Source: a virus. Taken from it: a stretch of 64,000 bases of DNA. Made by a program: the position numbers and the translations under genes. The stretch is taken from positions 32,001 to 96,000 of IMG/VR virus record IMGVR_UViG_3300017917_003446, one strand, 5' to 3'. Shown piece by piece: positions 1-10,342 of this stretch (its first letter is position 1; the number at the start of each line of letters is the position of its first letter). Below the pieces are notes generated by a model. The model worked only from the letters and a program-made list of their open reading frames with translations. It had not been told where the DNA came from and did not search any database.

Positions 1-579
1 TTAAATCAGTTAGGGGTATCTTTTGTTTTTGATGATGATATTACAGTAAGGCGCCAAAGACTTGTTCCTATAAATACTCCTACAATTATAGATGAAAACA
101 CAAAAATTTATAAGGCAGAGTTACTAAACGAACAACCCGAAGAAAGTTATTATACGAAAAATGGTGATATCGTGTGGGACTTTTCATCAGGTGTAGCAGT
201 CGGAACTTATATTGCAGTTGATCGGGAAATTTCAGAGATAAAGAATACTCTTATAAACGTTATTGAGAGATATCGCGATCAAAAAGAAATGGATGGGTTT
301 ACGGTAACTGTACAAGGTAGTGAATATAAAATTTGGTCGGGTCCAGTCTCAAGACTTAATTTGTTGGAAAAATACAATTTAATGAATGAATCAGAAACTT
401 GCGTGTGGAAATTTATGGGAAATAAATGGGCTACATTGAACAAGTCCGAATTGTTAACTTTGTATCATTTGATTATGGATTATATCAGAGATCTTAATAC
501 TTGGGAACATGACAAAACATTAGAAATACGTAATGCTGAAACTGTGGATCAACTAAGAACCATTGCACTAGAGGATTAA
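1..579 (+). CDS. Hypothetical tail-associated protein, DUF4376-like (5'-truncated by window)
   Basis: The frame of ORF 172..579 is open back to base 1. The C-terminal part (ERYRDQKEMDGFTV...WKF...WATL...EIRNAETVDQL) resembles DUF4376 tail-fibre-associated proteins. Confidence 0.55.
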   Translation, partial: LNQLGVSFVFDDDITVRRQRLVPINTPTIIDENTKIYKAELLNEQPEESYYTKNGDIVWDFSSGVAVGTYIAVDREISEIKNTLINVIERYRDQKEMDGFTVTVQGSEYKIWSGPVSRLNLLEKYNLMNESETCVWKFMGNKWATLNKSELLTLYHLIMDYIRDLNTWEHDKTLEIRNAETVDQLRTIALED

Positions 580-581
580 CT

Positions 582-1754
582 ATGACCATTGTTGCATCTG
601 GAGAAATTTCACTTGGAGGTAATGCTACGGTTACAAGAAGTGTAGCTTGTGAACTTGGCAGAAGTGGAACTGGTGCTATTTGTATGGATGAGTCTGCCGT
701 TAGGACCTTGGCAGGACAAACAACTGCCGCCTCAGCTATTTGTATGAATAATTTTTATAGTAAATCAGACGCTGTTCCTACTGCTTTTGGACAATTCGTA
801 AAGGGGGGTTATTATGCAGGTGTAGCATTTAATAACTGTTGTGCTTATTATCTTTTTATAGCTCCTAATGCTTCGGGGTGTGCTTGTTGCCAATGGAAAA
901 CTACCGCCACACTTACCAATAATTGTTCCAATTCATCTTGTAACTATGATAATGGTTACTGGAATACCTTTACCTATTTAAATAATGCTGATCATCCTGC
1001 TGGTAATTGGACCGCAACTAGAACTATTGGTGGTTTTACCGATTGGTATTTGCCTTCTAGAAATGAATTACATACCATATATCAATGTAGCTTTGGTTTG
1101 CCAGCAGGAGAAGGATTTGCATCTACAACAAGCTACTTTACTAGTTCAGAAAGCGACAGCAATGTCAATAATGCTTTTATTAAGCAGATGAATAGCACTT
1201 TTCCCGCCTATTCTTCCAATAAGTCCGGTTCCTTGAATATCCGTGCTGTCCGGAGAACTGCATTTACTCCTGCAGCGCCCACCAGCATTGGACAACCAAT
1301 TTATGGAGGATTTTACATGGCGACCATTAGTTCCCCAGCGAACTATTATCTTATCTTAGCTCCCAATGCTTTAGGATGTACTTGTTGTACATATAAAACT
1401 TCCTCCTCCCTTGATAATTTGTGTTCCAATGCAACTTGTAACACACTTAATGGTTACTGGAATACCTATACCTATTTAAACAATACTAATTATCCTGCTG
1501 GTAACTGGGCAGCAACTAGGAATATGAATGGTTTTACCGATTGGTATTTACCTTCCAGAGCTGAATTAAGACAGATTTACGATTTTAAAGGTTCGTTACC
1601 AGTAAATGAAGGATTTCCAGTAGCCAGTTATCTTTCTAGTACGGAGGTTAGTGATTTCACCGCCTGCGCAGTGGGTATGACGAACGGCACCTGCGGAGGT
1701 GTTGGTAAAGGCACTGCCTGTAGAATTCGTGTCGTCCGGAGAGTCCCCTTTTAA
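582..1754 (+). CDS. Cys-rich virion/fibre protein with two tandem Lcl (DUF1566, C-type-lectin fold) domains
   Basis: Two internal repeats of GG(Y/F)Y..YYL..APNA.GC.CC..K..NGYWNT.TYLNN..PAGNW.ATR...GFTDWYLPSR.EL...IR.VRR. The N-terminal ASGEISLG motif is typical of small phage fibre proteins. Confidence 0.7.
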   Translation: MTIVASGEISLGGNATVTRSVACELGRSGTGAICMDESAVRTLAGQTTAASAICMNNFYSKSDAVPTAFGQFVKGGYYAGVAFNNCCAYYLFIAPNASGCACCQWKTTATLTNNCSNSSCNYDNGYWNTFTYLNNADHPAGNWTATRTIGGFTDWYLPSRNELHTIYQCSFGLPAGEGFASTTSYFTSSESDSNVNNAFIKQMNSTFPAYSSNKSGSLNIRAVRRTAFTPAAPTSIGQPIYGGFYMATISSPANYYLILAPNALGCTCCTYKTSSSLDNLCSNATCNTLNGYWNTYTYLNNTNYPAGNWAATRNMNGFTDWYLPSRAELRQIYDFKGSLPVNEGFPVASYLSSTEVSDFTACAVGMTNGTCGGVGKGTACRIRVVRRVPF

Positions 1755-1889
1755 TTATTTTTCTTATTTAATCATTTTTAATTGTGGCACAGTAAAACAT
1801 ATAATCAACAAAAACAAACACAAAAATTTTACAAAAAGTATGGTATAAAATTCTACTAAGAAATTACTAAAGTTATGAGGTGACTAATT

Positions 1890-2501
1890 ATGAACATTAT
1901 TCAAGTTTTTTCCACACCTGTTTGGAATTCTGCTCTTCCAGATTTTGAAAACCATAAGCAATCTTTTATAGATTGTGTACATGAGTTTCGCAAGAAATAC
2001 GAAACTGGTATTTCAAAATCAAACATCAACGGTTATCAATCTCCTATGATACTTACAAGAGAACCAGAAATGGCTCCTCTTTTTGAATATGTTTGCCAAA
2101 TTGGAATGAAGGCAATATTTGATTTACAACTAGTGGATTGCGATGTATATCTTTCTGCAGCATGGGTAAATTTTAATGAAAACCGAAATCATTACAATAT
2201 TGAGCATGTGCATACAGACACATTTTCCGGCGTATTTTATCTACAAATACCAGAAAAATCAGGAAAATTATCCTTGACAAATCCTGGTCTCAATCCTTTA
2301 TGGCAAGGTGCTCTATTAACCGACACCAAAAATAAGTTTAATGCTGATAGATTAAGAATTGAACCGGAAGAAGGACAAATTTTCGTATGGCCATCTTATC
2401 TTTCTCATGCTGTTGAGCCAAATGATCATGATGAAACTAGAATATCTATTTCTTTTAATATAATTTGTGTTCCTAAGGGGCATGTTGACAATACTAAGTA
2501 A
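1890..2501 (+). CDS. Putative 2OG-Fe(II) oxygenase (TIGR02466-like)
   Basis: WVN..HVH..FSGVFYL..P..G..WPSYLSHAV..RISISFN motif set. Confidence 0.8.
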   Translation: MNIIQVFSTPVWNSALPDFENHKQSFIDCVHEFRKKYETGISKSNINGYQSPMILTREPEMAPLFEYVCQIGMKAIFDLQLVDCDVYLSAAWVNFNENRNHYNIEHVHTDTFSGVFYLQIPEKSGKLSLTNPGLNPLWQGALLTDTKNKFNADRLRIEPEEGQIFVWPSYLSHAVEPNDHDETRISISFNIICVPKGHVDNTK

Positions 2502-2503
2502 TA

Positions 2504-3223
2504 ATGTTTTTACATCAAATTTTTATTAACGACAAAGGTAATTTGCCGACACAATTCCCACTTTATACAGAATTTTGCACAAATGAATTAAGAAGAATTT
2601 ATTTTGATTGGGAATATAAAATTTGGTCAAACGAAGAAATTAAAAAATTTCTTCGTAACAATTTTGAAGATATAGTTTTTAAGACATATGAAAAAATAAA
2701 ACCTTATTCTTATAAATCTGATTTAGCTAGATATTGCATACTTAAAATCTATGGTGGTCTTTATGTAGATTTAAATACTAGGTTTATTAATCGTATACAA
2801 CATGATGAAAATATTCTTTTTGCTTTTAGAGATTACAGTTTAACACAAAGACGAGGATGGTATGTTTCTACCTCTATTATATATTCTGCTGCAAACAATA
2901 ATATCTTAAATACTTGTACAGACATTTTGATAGATAACGTAAATAAAAATTATTATGGAAATTCTCCTTTAGATGTAACTGGACCAGGTGTACTAGGTAA
3001 AGCTATTATTCTAAATGACAGAAGTTTATCTGATATTAGTGGAGAATTACATTGTCTTACTCCATTGCATGAAAATAAAACATTAGCGTTTATTCAAGAT
3101 GGAGGAAATATAGTTGCATTTAGAAAACCAAATGCTCCCGGTGATCTAACTTTTTTTGGTTTCTCAGGGGTAAATAACTATAAAACTATGTGGGAAAGAG
3201 AAGACATTTATTATGATACCTAA
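2504..3223 (+). CDS. Glycosyltransferase family 32 (DXD sugar-binding, Och1-like)
   Basis: KSDLARYCIL..YGGLYVDL and TGPGVL motifs. Confidence 0.8.
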   Translation: MFLHQIFINDKGNLPTQFPLYTEFCTNELRRIYFDWEYKIWSNEEIKKFLRNNFEDIVFKTYEKIKPYSYKSDLARYCILKIYGGLYVDLNTRFINRIQHDENILFAFRDYSLTQRRGWYVSTSIIYSAANNNILNTCTDILIDNVNKNYYGNSPLDVTGPGVLGKAIILNDRSLSDISGELHCLTPLHENKTLAFIQDGGNIVAFRKPNAPGDLTFFGFSGVNNYKTMWEREDIYYDT

Positions 3224-4100
3224 AATAATTCATCATATTGCTCCAGAAAACAAAAATACTTGGCATCCTTTTTGGCATAAATGCTATGATTCTTGGAAAG
3301 AACAGTTTCCAGATTACAAATTTATATTATGGGACGATAAGAATGATATTGATGATTTAGTTAAAACACATTACAAAGTACATTGGAATTTATACAATGC
3401 TTTTCCTTTTCATATAATGCGTATTGATTTTGCGAGACTTTGTATACTGCATAAACATGGTGGAATTTATGCGGATATGGATGTATTTTGTTACAAAAAT
3501 TTTCAACATATTTTAACTAAAGAAGCATATTTTTTGGAAAATTTAACAAACGAGTATACTAGCGCTTGTGTGGAAAATAGTTTACTAGCATCAATATCTA
3601 ACAATAGATTGTTAGAGGAAATTTTGAGATATATCAAAGCATGTTATTTAAATTTTAAAAATTCTTTTCAAACCAATTCGGTAGATTGGAGATCAGCTGC
3701 TAATGCTTTTTTTGTTAACAATACTACCGGTTCAGGTATGCTTGATGTGGCATTCAATCATTATAAAAAATATTTTGATATAGATGTATTTAACTGTGAA
3801 TTATTCAATAATCGCCCTTCTTCTTACGATAAAAAATTTTACACCAAGCATGTTCATACCTCTATTTGGGGTGATGAATATAATAAAAGTAAATTACCTA
3901 ATATAATGTTGTTAGATGGTTGTATGTACAATATAGATACTATTGATGATAATAATCTTCAAATTTTAAAACAAGATTTTAAAGATGTTTTGATTTTGCC
4001 CAATGAAAGCTTTGACTTTTTTAAAGATTACACAAACGGAGTATATTTGAATGAAAACAATCTACATCAAATTAAAAAAATTGTAAGTAAAAAACATTAA
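3213..4100 (+). CDS. Glycosyltransferase family 32
   Basis: MIPKIIH start; RIDFARLCILHKHGGIYADMD. Confidence 0.8.
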   Translation: MIPKIIHHIAPENKNTWHPFWHKCYDSWKEQFPDYKFILWDDKNDIDDLVKTHYKVHWNLYNAFPFHIMRIDFARLCILHKHGGIYADMDVFCYKNFQHILTKEAYFLENLTNEYTSACVENSLLASISNNRLLEEILRYIKACYLNFKNSFQTNSVDWRSAANAFFVNNTTGSGMLDVAFNHYKKYFDIDVFNCELFNNRPSSYDKKFYTKHVHTSIWGDEYNKSKLPNIMLLDGCMYNIDTIDDNNLQILKQDFKDVLILPNESFDFFKDYTNGVYLNENNLHQIKKIVSKKH

Positions 4101-4957
4101 TGATACCTAAAATACTACATCAAACCGCTCCAACTAATAAGGATAATTGGCATCCGCTTTGGCATAAATGCCAACAATCATGGCTAACACATTTTAGAGA
4201 TTTTGAATACCGTCTGTGGAACGATGAAGAAATAGATTCGTTAGTTCAAAAAGAATATCCACAATATTGGGAAATGTATAATAACTTTACTATTCATATA
4301 TTAAAAATAGATTTTGTTCGTTTTTGCTTTATGCACAAATATGGTGGAATTTATGCAGACATGGATTACTTTTGTTATTCTAATTTTTATAATGAACTAA
4401 TCGAAAATATCTATTTGGTAGAAAATCCGCTTGGTAATGATCCAATAGAAAATTCTTTAATGTGTTCAGAGCCAAATCATCCTTTCTGGATTGAATGTAT
4501 GGATTTGGTTGTGGAAAGATACAATTATTATAATAAAAAATTTCCTCATAGACTTCAAGATTTAAAATTAATAAGTTTAGATTTAGAAAAAGGGTTACGA
4601 TTAAGACCTTGGTTAGTTTTTGGTATTACTGGAACAAATTTAATTTCAAGCCAGGCTAGGCTTACAAACCTCACCATTTATACTTTGCCATCAATTTTTT
4701 ATAATAATAATGATATGTCTTATAATGAGCAATATAGAGCTAAGCATATACACACGGGCTTATGGGGAAAAGAATCAATAGCAGTATTTTATTATGATGA
4801 AAAACATATAAAAACATTAAGAAATATCCCTTTAGATGAATTTTGTTTTTATACTGATTATAGCAACGGCAATTACCTAACATCTTGTTATAATGATTTT
4901 GATAAAAATAACTCCGATGAAAAAATTAATTTAGCTAGTGATTACGAATATAAATGA
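4100..4957 (+). CDS. Glycosyltransferase family 32
   Basis: MIPKILHQT start; KIDFVRFCFMHKYGGIYADMD; paralog of the preceding gene. Confidence 0.8.
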   Translation: MIPKILHQTAPTNKDNWHPLWHKCQQSWLTHFRDFEYRLWNDEEIDSLVQKEYPQYWEMYNNFTIHILKIDFVRFCFMHKYGGIYADMDYFCYSNFYNELIENIYLVENPLGNDPIENSLMCSEPNHPFWIECMDLVVERYNYYNKKFPHRLQDLKLISLDLEKGLRLRPWLVFGITGTNLISSQARLTNLTIYTLPSIFYNNNDMSYNEQYRAKHIHTGLWGKESIAVFYYDEKHIKTLRNIPLDEFCFYTDYSNGNYLTSCYNDFDKNNSDEKINLASDYEYK

Positions 4958-5832
4958 ATGATATTACTTTAGTATGTATTGATACTGTTACACACGAATT
5001 GGCAAAAAAAGCAATAGAAAAATCTTTAGAAAATATAGTTCCTAAAGAAGTAAAAATTTTTAGTGATAAAAACTTTTTTGCCGACGGACAGTGGATAAAA
5101 ATTAACCCGTTGGATCGCAATGAATATAGTGAATTTTGCTTGAAACATCTTTATAAACATATTGATACTGATTTTGTTCTAATGATACAAAATGATGGCA
5201 TGGCTACTAATAAAAACTTTTGGTCAAACGATTTTTTAAATTATGATTATATCGGCGCACCATGGCCAGAAAATATTTTTATTAGTTTTTCCGGAGTCGG
5301 AAATGGAGGATTTAGTTTAAGAAGTAAAAAATTACTATACGAATTACAAAATGAAAATGTGGTCTATCAGGCAAAACAAAATAAAAATGAAATTTGGGAC
5401 ACCACAGGCGAAGATTATGTAATTTGTGTAGAATATAAAAACTATTTACAAAAAATAGGAATTAAATTTGCTCCAATAAGCATCGCAGAAAATTTTAGTC
5501 ATGAATTTGAACCGGAAAAGAAAAATACTTTTGGTTTTCACGGTAAATTTAATGTTCCCCATTATCTATCAGAAAATGAAATAGAAAACTTTATTAAATT
5601 ACTTAAAATACGTTACGATAAAACTTATACAATAATGGTACTAGAATTAATACGTCTTGAAAAATATGAATTAGCCAAGTTAGCTATAGATTTGGGTAGA
5701 TATGAAAATGTTTGGGATATTTTCTTTTCTAAGCAAATATCTTATTATAATGTACTAAAACAATGTTGTAAAAATATAAACTTCTATGGTGAATTTACTA
5801 ATAATATTTTAGAAAAAATAAAAAATGTCTAA
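4954..5832 (+). CDS. DUF5672-like putative glycosyltransferase
   Basis: QNDG..W..DFL.YDYIGAPW..VGNGGFSLRSKKL..ED..FGFHG motif set. Confidence 0.7.
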   Translation: MNDITLVCIDTVTHELAKKAIEKSLENIVPKEVKIFSDKNFFADGQWIKINPLDRNEYSEFCLKHLYKHIDTDFVLMIQNDGMATNKNFWSNDFLNYDYIGAPWPENIFISFSGVGNGGFSLRSKKLLYELQNENVVYQAKQNKNEIWDTTGEDYVICVEYKNYLQKIGIKFAPISIAENFSHEFEPEKKNTFGFHGKFNVPHYLSENEIENFIKLLKIRYDKTYTIMVLELIRLEKYELAKLAIDLGRYENVWDIFFSKQISYYNVLKQCCKNINFYGEFTNNILEKIKNV

Positions 5833-6814
5833 CAAAAACTTGATACTTAATAAGATGGTAAATTTGGATTATTCACCTAAATGGGAATTTAGAGATAAAA
5901 ACATTACACTTATAAAACTTCTTGACTCATTAAAAATAAAAAAATGGAATAAGGAACAAGTAAATAATCTTCTCTTTGTTGGATTGGGCGGCATAGGTGA
6001 TGAATTTATTTTTAGTCGTTATGGAAAAATACTAAAAGAATATGCTATTACATTGGATTATACAAGTACAAACGGTTTGGAGTATATTATTAATCAGATA
6101 CCTCACTTTAACGAGGTATGGAATGTGCAATATACACCACATTGTTTTGAAATAGACAACGATTATAATATCAATAAATTTAAAAAATATGATGCTTGGT
6201 ATTCACCTTTTTTTGAAATGGACAGTAATAATAATGGTGTGGTAAAATGTTTAGACAGCGAATGGACAGAACAATATCTTTTTAACCTGCCCGAGTACGA
6301 CAGAAAATGGGAGCATCTTACACGCACCGATAAACCTAAAATTGGAATTCGTTTCGCAGGAAATTTTCGTACGGACACTTATCTCGGAAGAACATTACCC
6401 ATTGAAAAAATAGTAAATTTATTTGATGAAAAATACGAATTATTTTCTTTACAGTGCATGGAAGGATTGGAAAAATCTCAAGAATTAGGTCTAATAACTT
6501 TAGAAAATGAAATAAAAAATTGGTATGATACCTTTTCTTTTTTAAAATGCCTAGATGTTGTAATCACAAGTTGTAGTAGTGTAGCTCATGCCTCTGCTAT
6601 TCTTGATGTAAAAACTTTTGTTTTAGTCCCATATAATTCATATTTTATTTGGAAAGAATGTGATAACAATAATCATTATTCCTCTTGGTATGATAAAAAT
6701 GTAATATGTCTTAGACAACATAAAAAAGGAGATTGGTCTTATCCATTGCAACAAATTAAACAATATTTAGGCCTTTCAGATAATAACAAGAAATCTGTTT
6801 TTAACTATGTATAA
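5825..6814 (+). CDS. GT9/heptosyltransferase-like glycosyltransferase (GT-B)
   Basis: GGIGD, KIGIRFAGN, LDVVITSCSSVAHASAIL, WY..LRQ..GDW motifs. Confidence 0.65.
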   Translation: MSNKNLILNKMVNLDYSPKWEFRDKNITLIKLLDSLKIKKWNKEQVNNLLFVGLGGIGDEFIFSRYGKILKEYAITLDYTSTNGLEYIINQIPHFNEVWNVQYTPHCFEIDNDYNINKFKKYDAWYSPFFEMDSNNNGVVKCLDSEWTEQYLFNLPEYDRKWEHLTRTDKPKIGIRFAGNFRTDTYLGRTLPIEKIVNLFDEKYELFSLQCMEGLEKSQELGLITLENEIKNWYDTFSFLKCLDVVITSCSSVAHASAILDVKTFVLVPYNSYFIWKECDNNNHYSSWYDKNVICLRQHKKGDWSYPLQQIKQYLGLSDNNKKSVFNYV

Positions 6815-6828
6815 TCGTCTCTAAAATA

Positions 6829-7638
6829 ATGAATCTAATTTGTTTTTATCATGTTTGGCCAATACGAGGTTGGGAGTTATTATATCAGCAACAAATAATG
6901 GCTTTATATACCAGTGGTTTATATAATCATCTAAAAACTATCTATGTTTGTTGTAATGGCAATATTAATCTCCCCTTTGAAAATCCAAAGATAATTCAAA
7001 GATATAACAAGAATTTTACAAATGAAAGTGATACTTTATATTCAATGTGGCAATTAAGTAACTTAGATAAAACAGCAAAAATACTTTATATACATACTAA
7101 AGGTATTAGTTATCAACTTCATCATCTTAGAAAAAATGTTGATGCTTGGAGATTGTATTTAGAATTTTACAATATACATAAGTGGAAAGACTGTGTGGAA
7201 AAATTAAATGAGTATGATATTGTGGGAACTGAATGGTCAAATTTTCCTTTAACTTATACATCTAAAGATAAACTAATTAATTTGTCTAACAACGCAGGAA
7301 TATACTTAGGTAATTTTTGGTGGGCAAATGCAAAATATATTTCAAGCTTAGATAAAGATTATTTGTTTGATTATAGTGCATCTCATAAAATTGAAGGTAT
7401 AAATATGGAAGAAAAATATAATCCGAGCGAAAACGATAAAACACGAATTCTTAGGCATAATAGTGAACTTTGGCTTGGTACAAATTCACCTAAATATTTT
7501 AGTTTTAGAAATTTAAATGAAACGCTTCTTGAAATTACACCTCATAAAAATAGTGACCCAACTTTTAAATTCCTACATAATAAATACAATGTAGGTTATG
7601 ATACTAATGCTTTAAATTGTTTGGAAACTTTTTTATGA
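6829..7638 (+). CDS. Hypothetical protein, probable glycosyltransferase-like
   Basis: YIHTKG..WR..GNFWWAN..YI..R..SELWLG motif, recurrent in phage sugar islands. Confidence 0.5.
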   Translation: MNLICFYHVWPIRGWELLYQQQIMALYTSGLYNHLKTIYVCCNGNINLPFENPKIIQRYNKNFTNESDTLYSMWQLSNLDKTAKILYIHTKGISYQLHHLRKNVDAWRLYLEFYNIHKWKDCVEKLNEYDIVGTEWSNFPLTYTSKDKLINLSNNAGIYLGNFWWANAKYISSLDKDYLFDYSASHKIEGINMEEKYNPSENDKTRILRHNSELWLGTNSPKYFSFRNLNETLLEITPHKNSDPTFKFLHNKYNVGYDTNALNCLETFL

Positions 7639-8603
7639 ATACAACATTTTTAATTGACGGTGGCGCCGGAAGAGTCATTAATTCTATACCTGCACTGGAA
7701 AAATATTATAAACTAAATCCCGAAGATGACTTTAAAGTTTTAGTATATGGGTGGGAATCTGTTTTTTGGAGCCACCCTATATTACAAAAAAGAGTATTTG
7801 GGGCTAATCAAAAAGGAAATTTTGAGCATATCATAAAAGGAACAAAAATAGTTTCACCTGAACCTTATAGAAATCATAGATTTTTTAATCAACAAATTAA
7901 TCTTGTTGAAGCATTTGATGATGAAATCAACAAAACAACCGATCACTCTGATCTAAATTATAATTGTCTTCATTTATCTGTCACTGAAATAGCAAAATCA
8001 AAAGAACACATAGAAAATGTTAAAAATCAACAAAGAAAAAATAAAATGGTGGTATTTCAGCCATTTGGGTCATCCGTTGAATTAATTAACAAGCAACCTT
8101 TTGATCGTTCTAATCGTTCTTTTGAATCATCGGATTATTTTAAAATTGTTCAATCTTTATCAAGTGACGCTATTGTTTTTTATGCTAGTTTACCTATGTT
8201 TCGTCATCCAAACGATAATATTTCAATTTCTTTTGATGAAATAGGTTCATACCATAGAACATTAATGTGTTTGATTTATCATTGTGACTATTACATAGGA
8301 TGTTGCTCAATTGGGCAACATGTAGCTAGAGCTTTTGGTAAACCAGGATTGATTGCTATGGGCGGCACTAATGAAATAAATTTTAGTTATCCGAATCATT
8401 TTACTATTTACCGTAGAAAAAATAAGGAACCTAAGTATATACCATGGAGATTATCAGATGTAGATTGTGAATTTGCGGATAGAGAAAATGAGGGATTAAT
8501 GAAATTTTCTGATGATGAACTTAAAGAAATGATTTCAATAATAAAGAAAAATATTAACTCTTCTAACACCGACAGATTTGATAGATTAGTGTCCTATGGT
8601 TAA
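7635..8603 (+). CDS. GT-B (GT9-like) glycosyltransferase
   Basis: IDGGAGRV, VFQPFG, DYYIGCCSIGQHVARAFGKP motifs. Start placed at the ATG overlapping the upstream stop. Confidence 0.55.
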   Translation: MNTTFLIDGGAGRVINSIPALEKYYKLNPEDDFKVLVYGWESVFWSHPILQKRVFGANQKGNFEHIIKGTKIVSPEPYRNHRFFNQQINLVEAFDDEINKTTDHSDLNYNCLHLSVTEIAKSKEHIENVKNQQRKNKMVVFQPFGSSVELINKQPFDRSNRSFESSDYFKIVQSLSSDAIVFYASLPMFRHPNDNISISFDEIGSYHRTLMCLIYHCDYYIGCCSIGQHVARAFGKPGLIAMGGTNEINFSYPNHFTIYRRKNKEPKYIPWRLSDVDCEFADRENEGLMKFSDDELKEMISIIKKNINSSNTDRFDRLVSYG

Positions 8604-8967
8604 TGCGCCTATATCTATTGGTGAATTGTTTGATAAAATCACTATTTTAGAGATAAAACTAAGTCAAGTGAAAAATGAAGATAAATTGAAAAATATTACT
8701 ATGGAACATAATTATTTAAAAAAAATTTCTGTTTCCATAAATACTAAGAATATAGATTATCTTATAGATAATCTAAAAGAAGTTAATATGATTCTTTGGA
8801 ATATAGAAAATAGTATTAGAGCAAAAGAAAATCTGCAAGAATTTGATTTAGAATTTATTGAAATAGCAAGAAGTGTGTACAAAAATAATGATATTCGTGC
8901 AGATATTAAGAAAAAAATAAACATGTTAGCTAATTCTTTGTTATGTGAGGAAAAAGAACATCTATGA
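8596..8967 (+). CDS. DUF6165-like small protein
   Basis: APISIGELFDKITILEIK..LW.IE..IR..FIEIARSVY..ND.RA.IK..IN..EEK. Confidence 0.7.
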   Translation: MVNAPISIGELFDKITILEIKLSQVKNEDKLKNITMEHNYLKKISVSINTKNIDYLIDNLKEVNMILWNIENSIRAKENLQEFDLEFIEIARSVYKNNDIRADIKKKINMLANSLLCEEKEHL

Positions 8968-9758
8968 AAGAATATTATTTTATATCGGGATTGCCTAGAT
9001 CAGGTTCAACCTTATTATCAGGTATTCTAAGACAAAATCCTGATTTTTATGCTGACATTGCTTCACCTTTACAAGGTTTAGTTCAAGGTATTATAAACAA
9101 TATTACAAGTTCTGAAAGTAATACAACGATACAAGAAGACCGTAGAAAGACTATTTTATATGGTCTTTTCAACGCCTTTTACGATCATGTAAATAAACCT
9201 ATAATTTTTGATTCATCTAGAGGATGGACTTCTGTTACCCCTTTACTTAAAGAACTTTTCCCTAATACAAAAATAATTTGTTGTGTTAGGGAGATATTTT
9301 GGATTTTAGATTCTTTTGAAAGAATTGCTGCTAAAAATTGTCTTTATACCAATACCCTTGTAGAAGATGTAGCCAGATCAAATATAGAATCAAGATGCCT
9401 AAGTATGATGGATGCACGAAAAGATGGTATAGTTATAATGCCATGGTATTGGTTACGAGAAGGATTATCATTAAATAGAGACATGATTCATCTGGTTGAA
9501 TATAACTCTTTGTGCAAAAATCCAGAAGAAACACTTAGAGGTATTTATAATTTCATAGGTAAAGAATATTTTGAACATGATTTTGATAATGTGGAATATG
9601 AAAATGAAACTTTTGATCGTTCTTTAAACATGAAAGATTTACATACAGTGAAACGAAAAGTAGAATGGGTTGAAAGAAAAACTATTCTGCCTGATTTTGT
9701 AATAGAACAATTTACAAAAAAAGATTTTTGGAAGAAAAAAAATATAAACTATGAATGA
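8964..9758 (+). CDS. Sulfotransferase family protein
   Basis: PAPS-binding loop GLPRSGSTLL at the N-terminus; KIICCVR; YNSLCKNPEETLRGIYNFIG. Confidence 0.85.
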   Translation: MKEYYFISGLPRSGSTLLSGILRQNPDFYADIASPLQGLVQGIINNITSSESNTTIQEDRRKTILYGLFNAFYDHVNKPIIFDSSRGWTSVTPLLKELFPNTKIICCVREIFWILDSFERIAAKNCLYTNTLVEDVARSNIESRCLSMMDARKDGIVIMPWYWLREGLSLNRDMIHLVEYNSLCKNPEETLRGIYNFIGKEYFEHDFDNVEYENETFDRSLNMKDLHTVKRKVEWVERKTILPDFVIEQFTKKDFWKKKNINYE

Positions 9759-10341
9759 CTATAATAAAAATGTAATAGAAATACCAAATTTTATTTCCTC
9801 AAATCATCAAAATACTTTGGAAAACTATGTTTGTAATAGCAATTTTAAATGGAGTTACTATGAGGGAACTATTTTAAAAACAGACATACAATACACTAAC
9901 AATTGCGTTATAGAAAAAGGATTTAATCCTCCACAATTTTGTCATTTTGTAAATATTAATCACAATCCCAATATTATTTTTATGCGGCCAATTTTAGATT
10001 CTTTAGCATCATTCTTTAATAAAAATTTACAAATAATAAAATGTAAATTTAATCTTCTTACTCAAAGAAAAGATAGTTTACATCATTATCCTCATTCTGA
10101 TCTAGATAAATTTGATGGTAATGTTTATACTGCTTTGTATTATATAAATGATTCTGACGGCGAAACTTATCTTTTTAACGAATTTGCTCCCAAAATAGAT
10201 GATAATATTTCAATACATAAGAAAATTATTCCCGAAAAAGGAAAAATTTTGATTTTTGATTCAAGACGTTTTCATGCGTCATCAAGCCCACAAACAAATG
10301 AAATAAGATTAGTTTTAAATATTGTATTTGGAGTAGTTTAA
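9751..10341 (+). CDS. 2OG-Fe(II) oxygenase
   Basis: PHSD..YYINDSDGET..GKILIFD..HASS..RLVLN (HxD...H...R facial triad pattern). Confidence 0.8.
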   Translation: MNDYNKNVIEIPNFISSNHQNTLENYVCNSNFKWSYYEGTILKTDIQYTNNCVIEKGFNPPQFCHFVNINHNPNIIFMRPILDSLASFFNKNLQIIKCKFNLLTQRKDSLHHYPHSDLDKFDGNVYTALYYINDSDGETYLFNEFAPKIDDNISIHKKIIPEKGKILIFDSRRFHASSSPQTNEIRLVLNIVFGVV

Positions 10342-10342
10342 T

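Noticed and set aside
1755-1889. A-rich gap after the Lcl gene, considered as a DGR template repeat or RT remnant
   Set aside because: It does not align with either variable tract, lacks GTCCGGAGA, and its short reading frames have no convincing RT motif.
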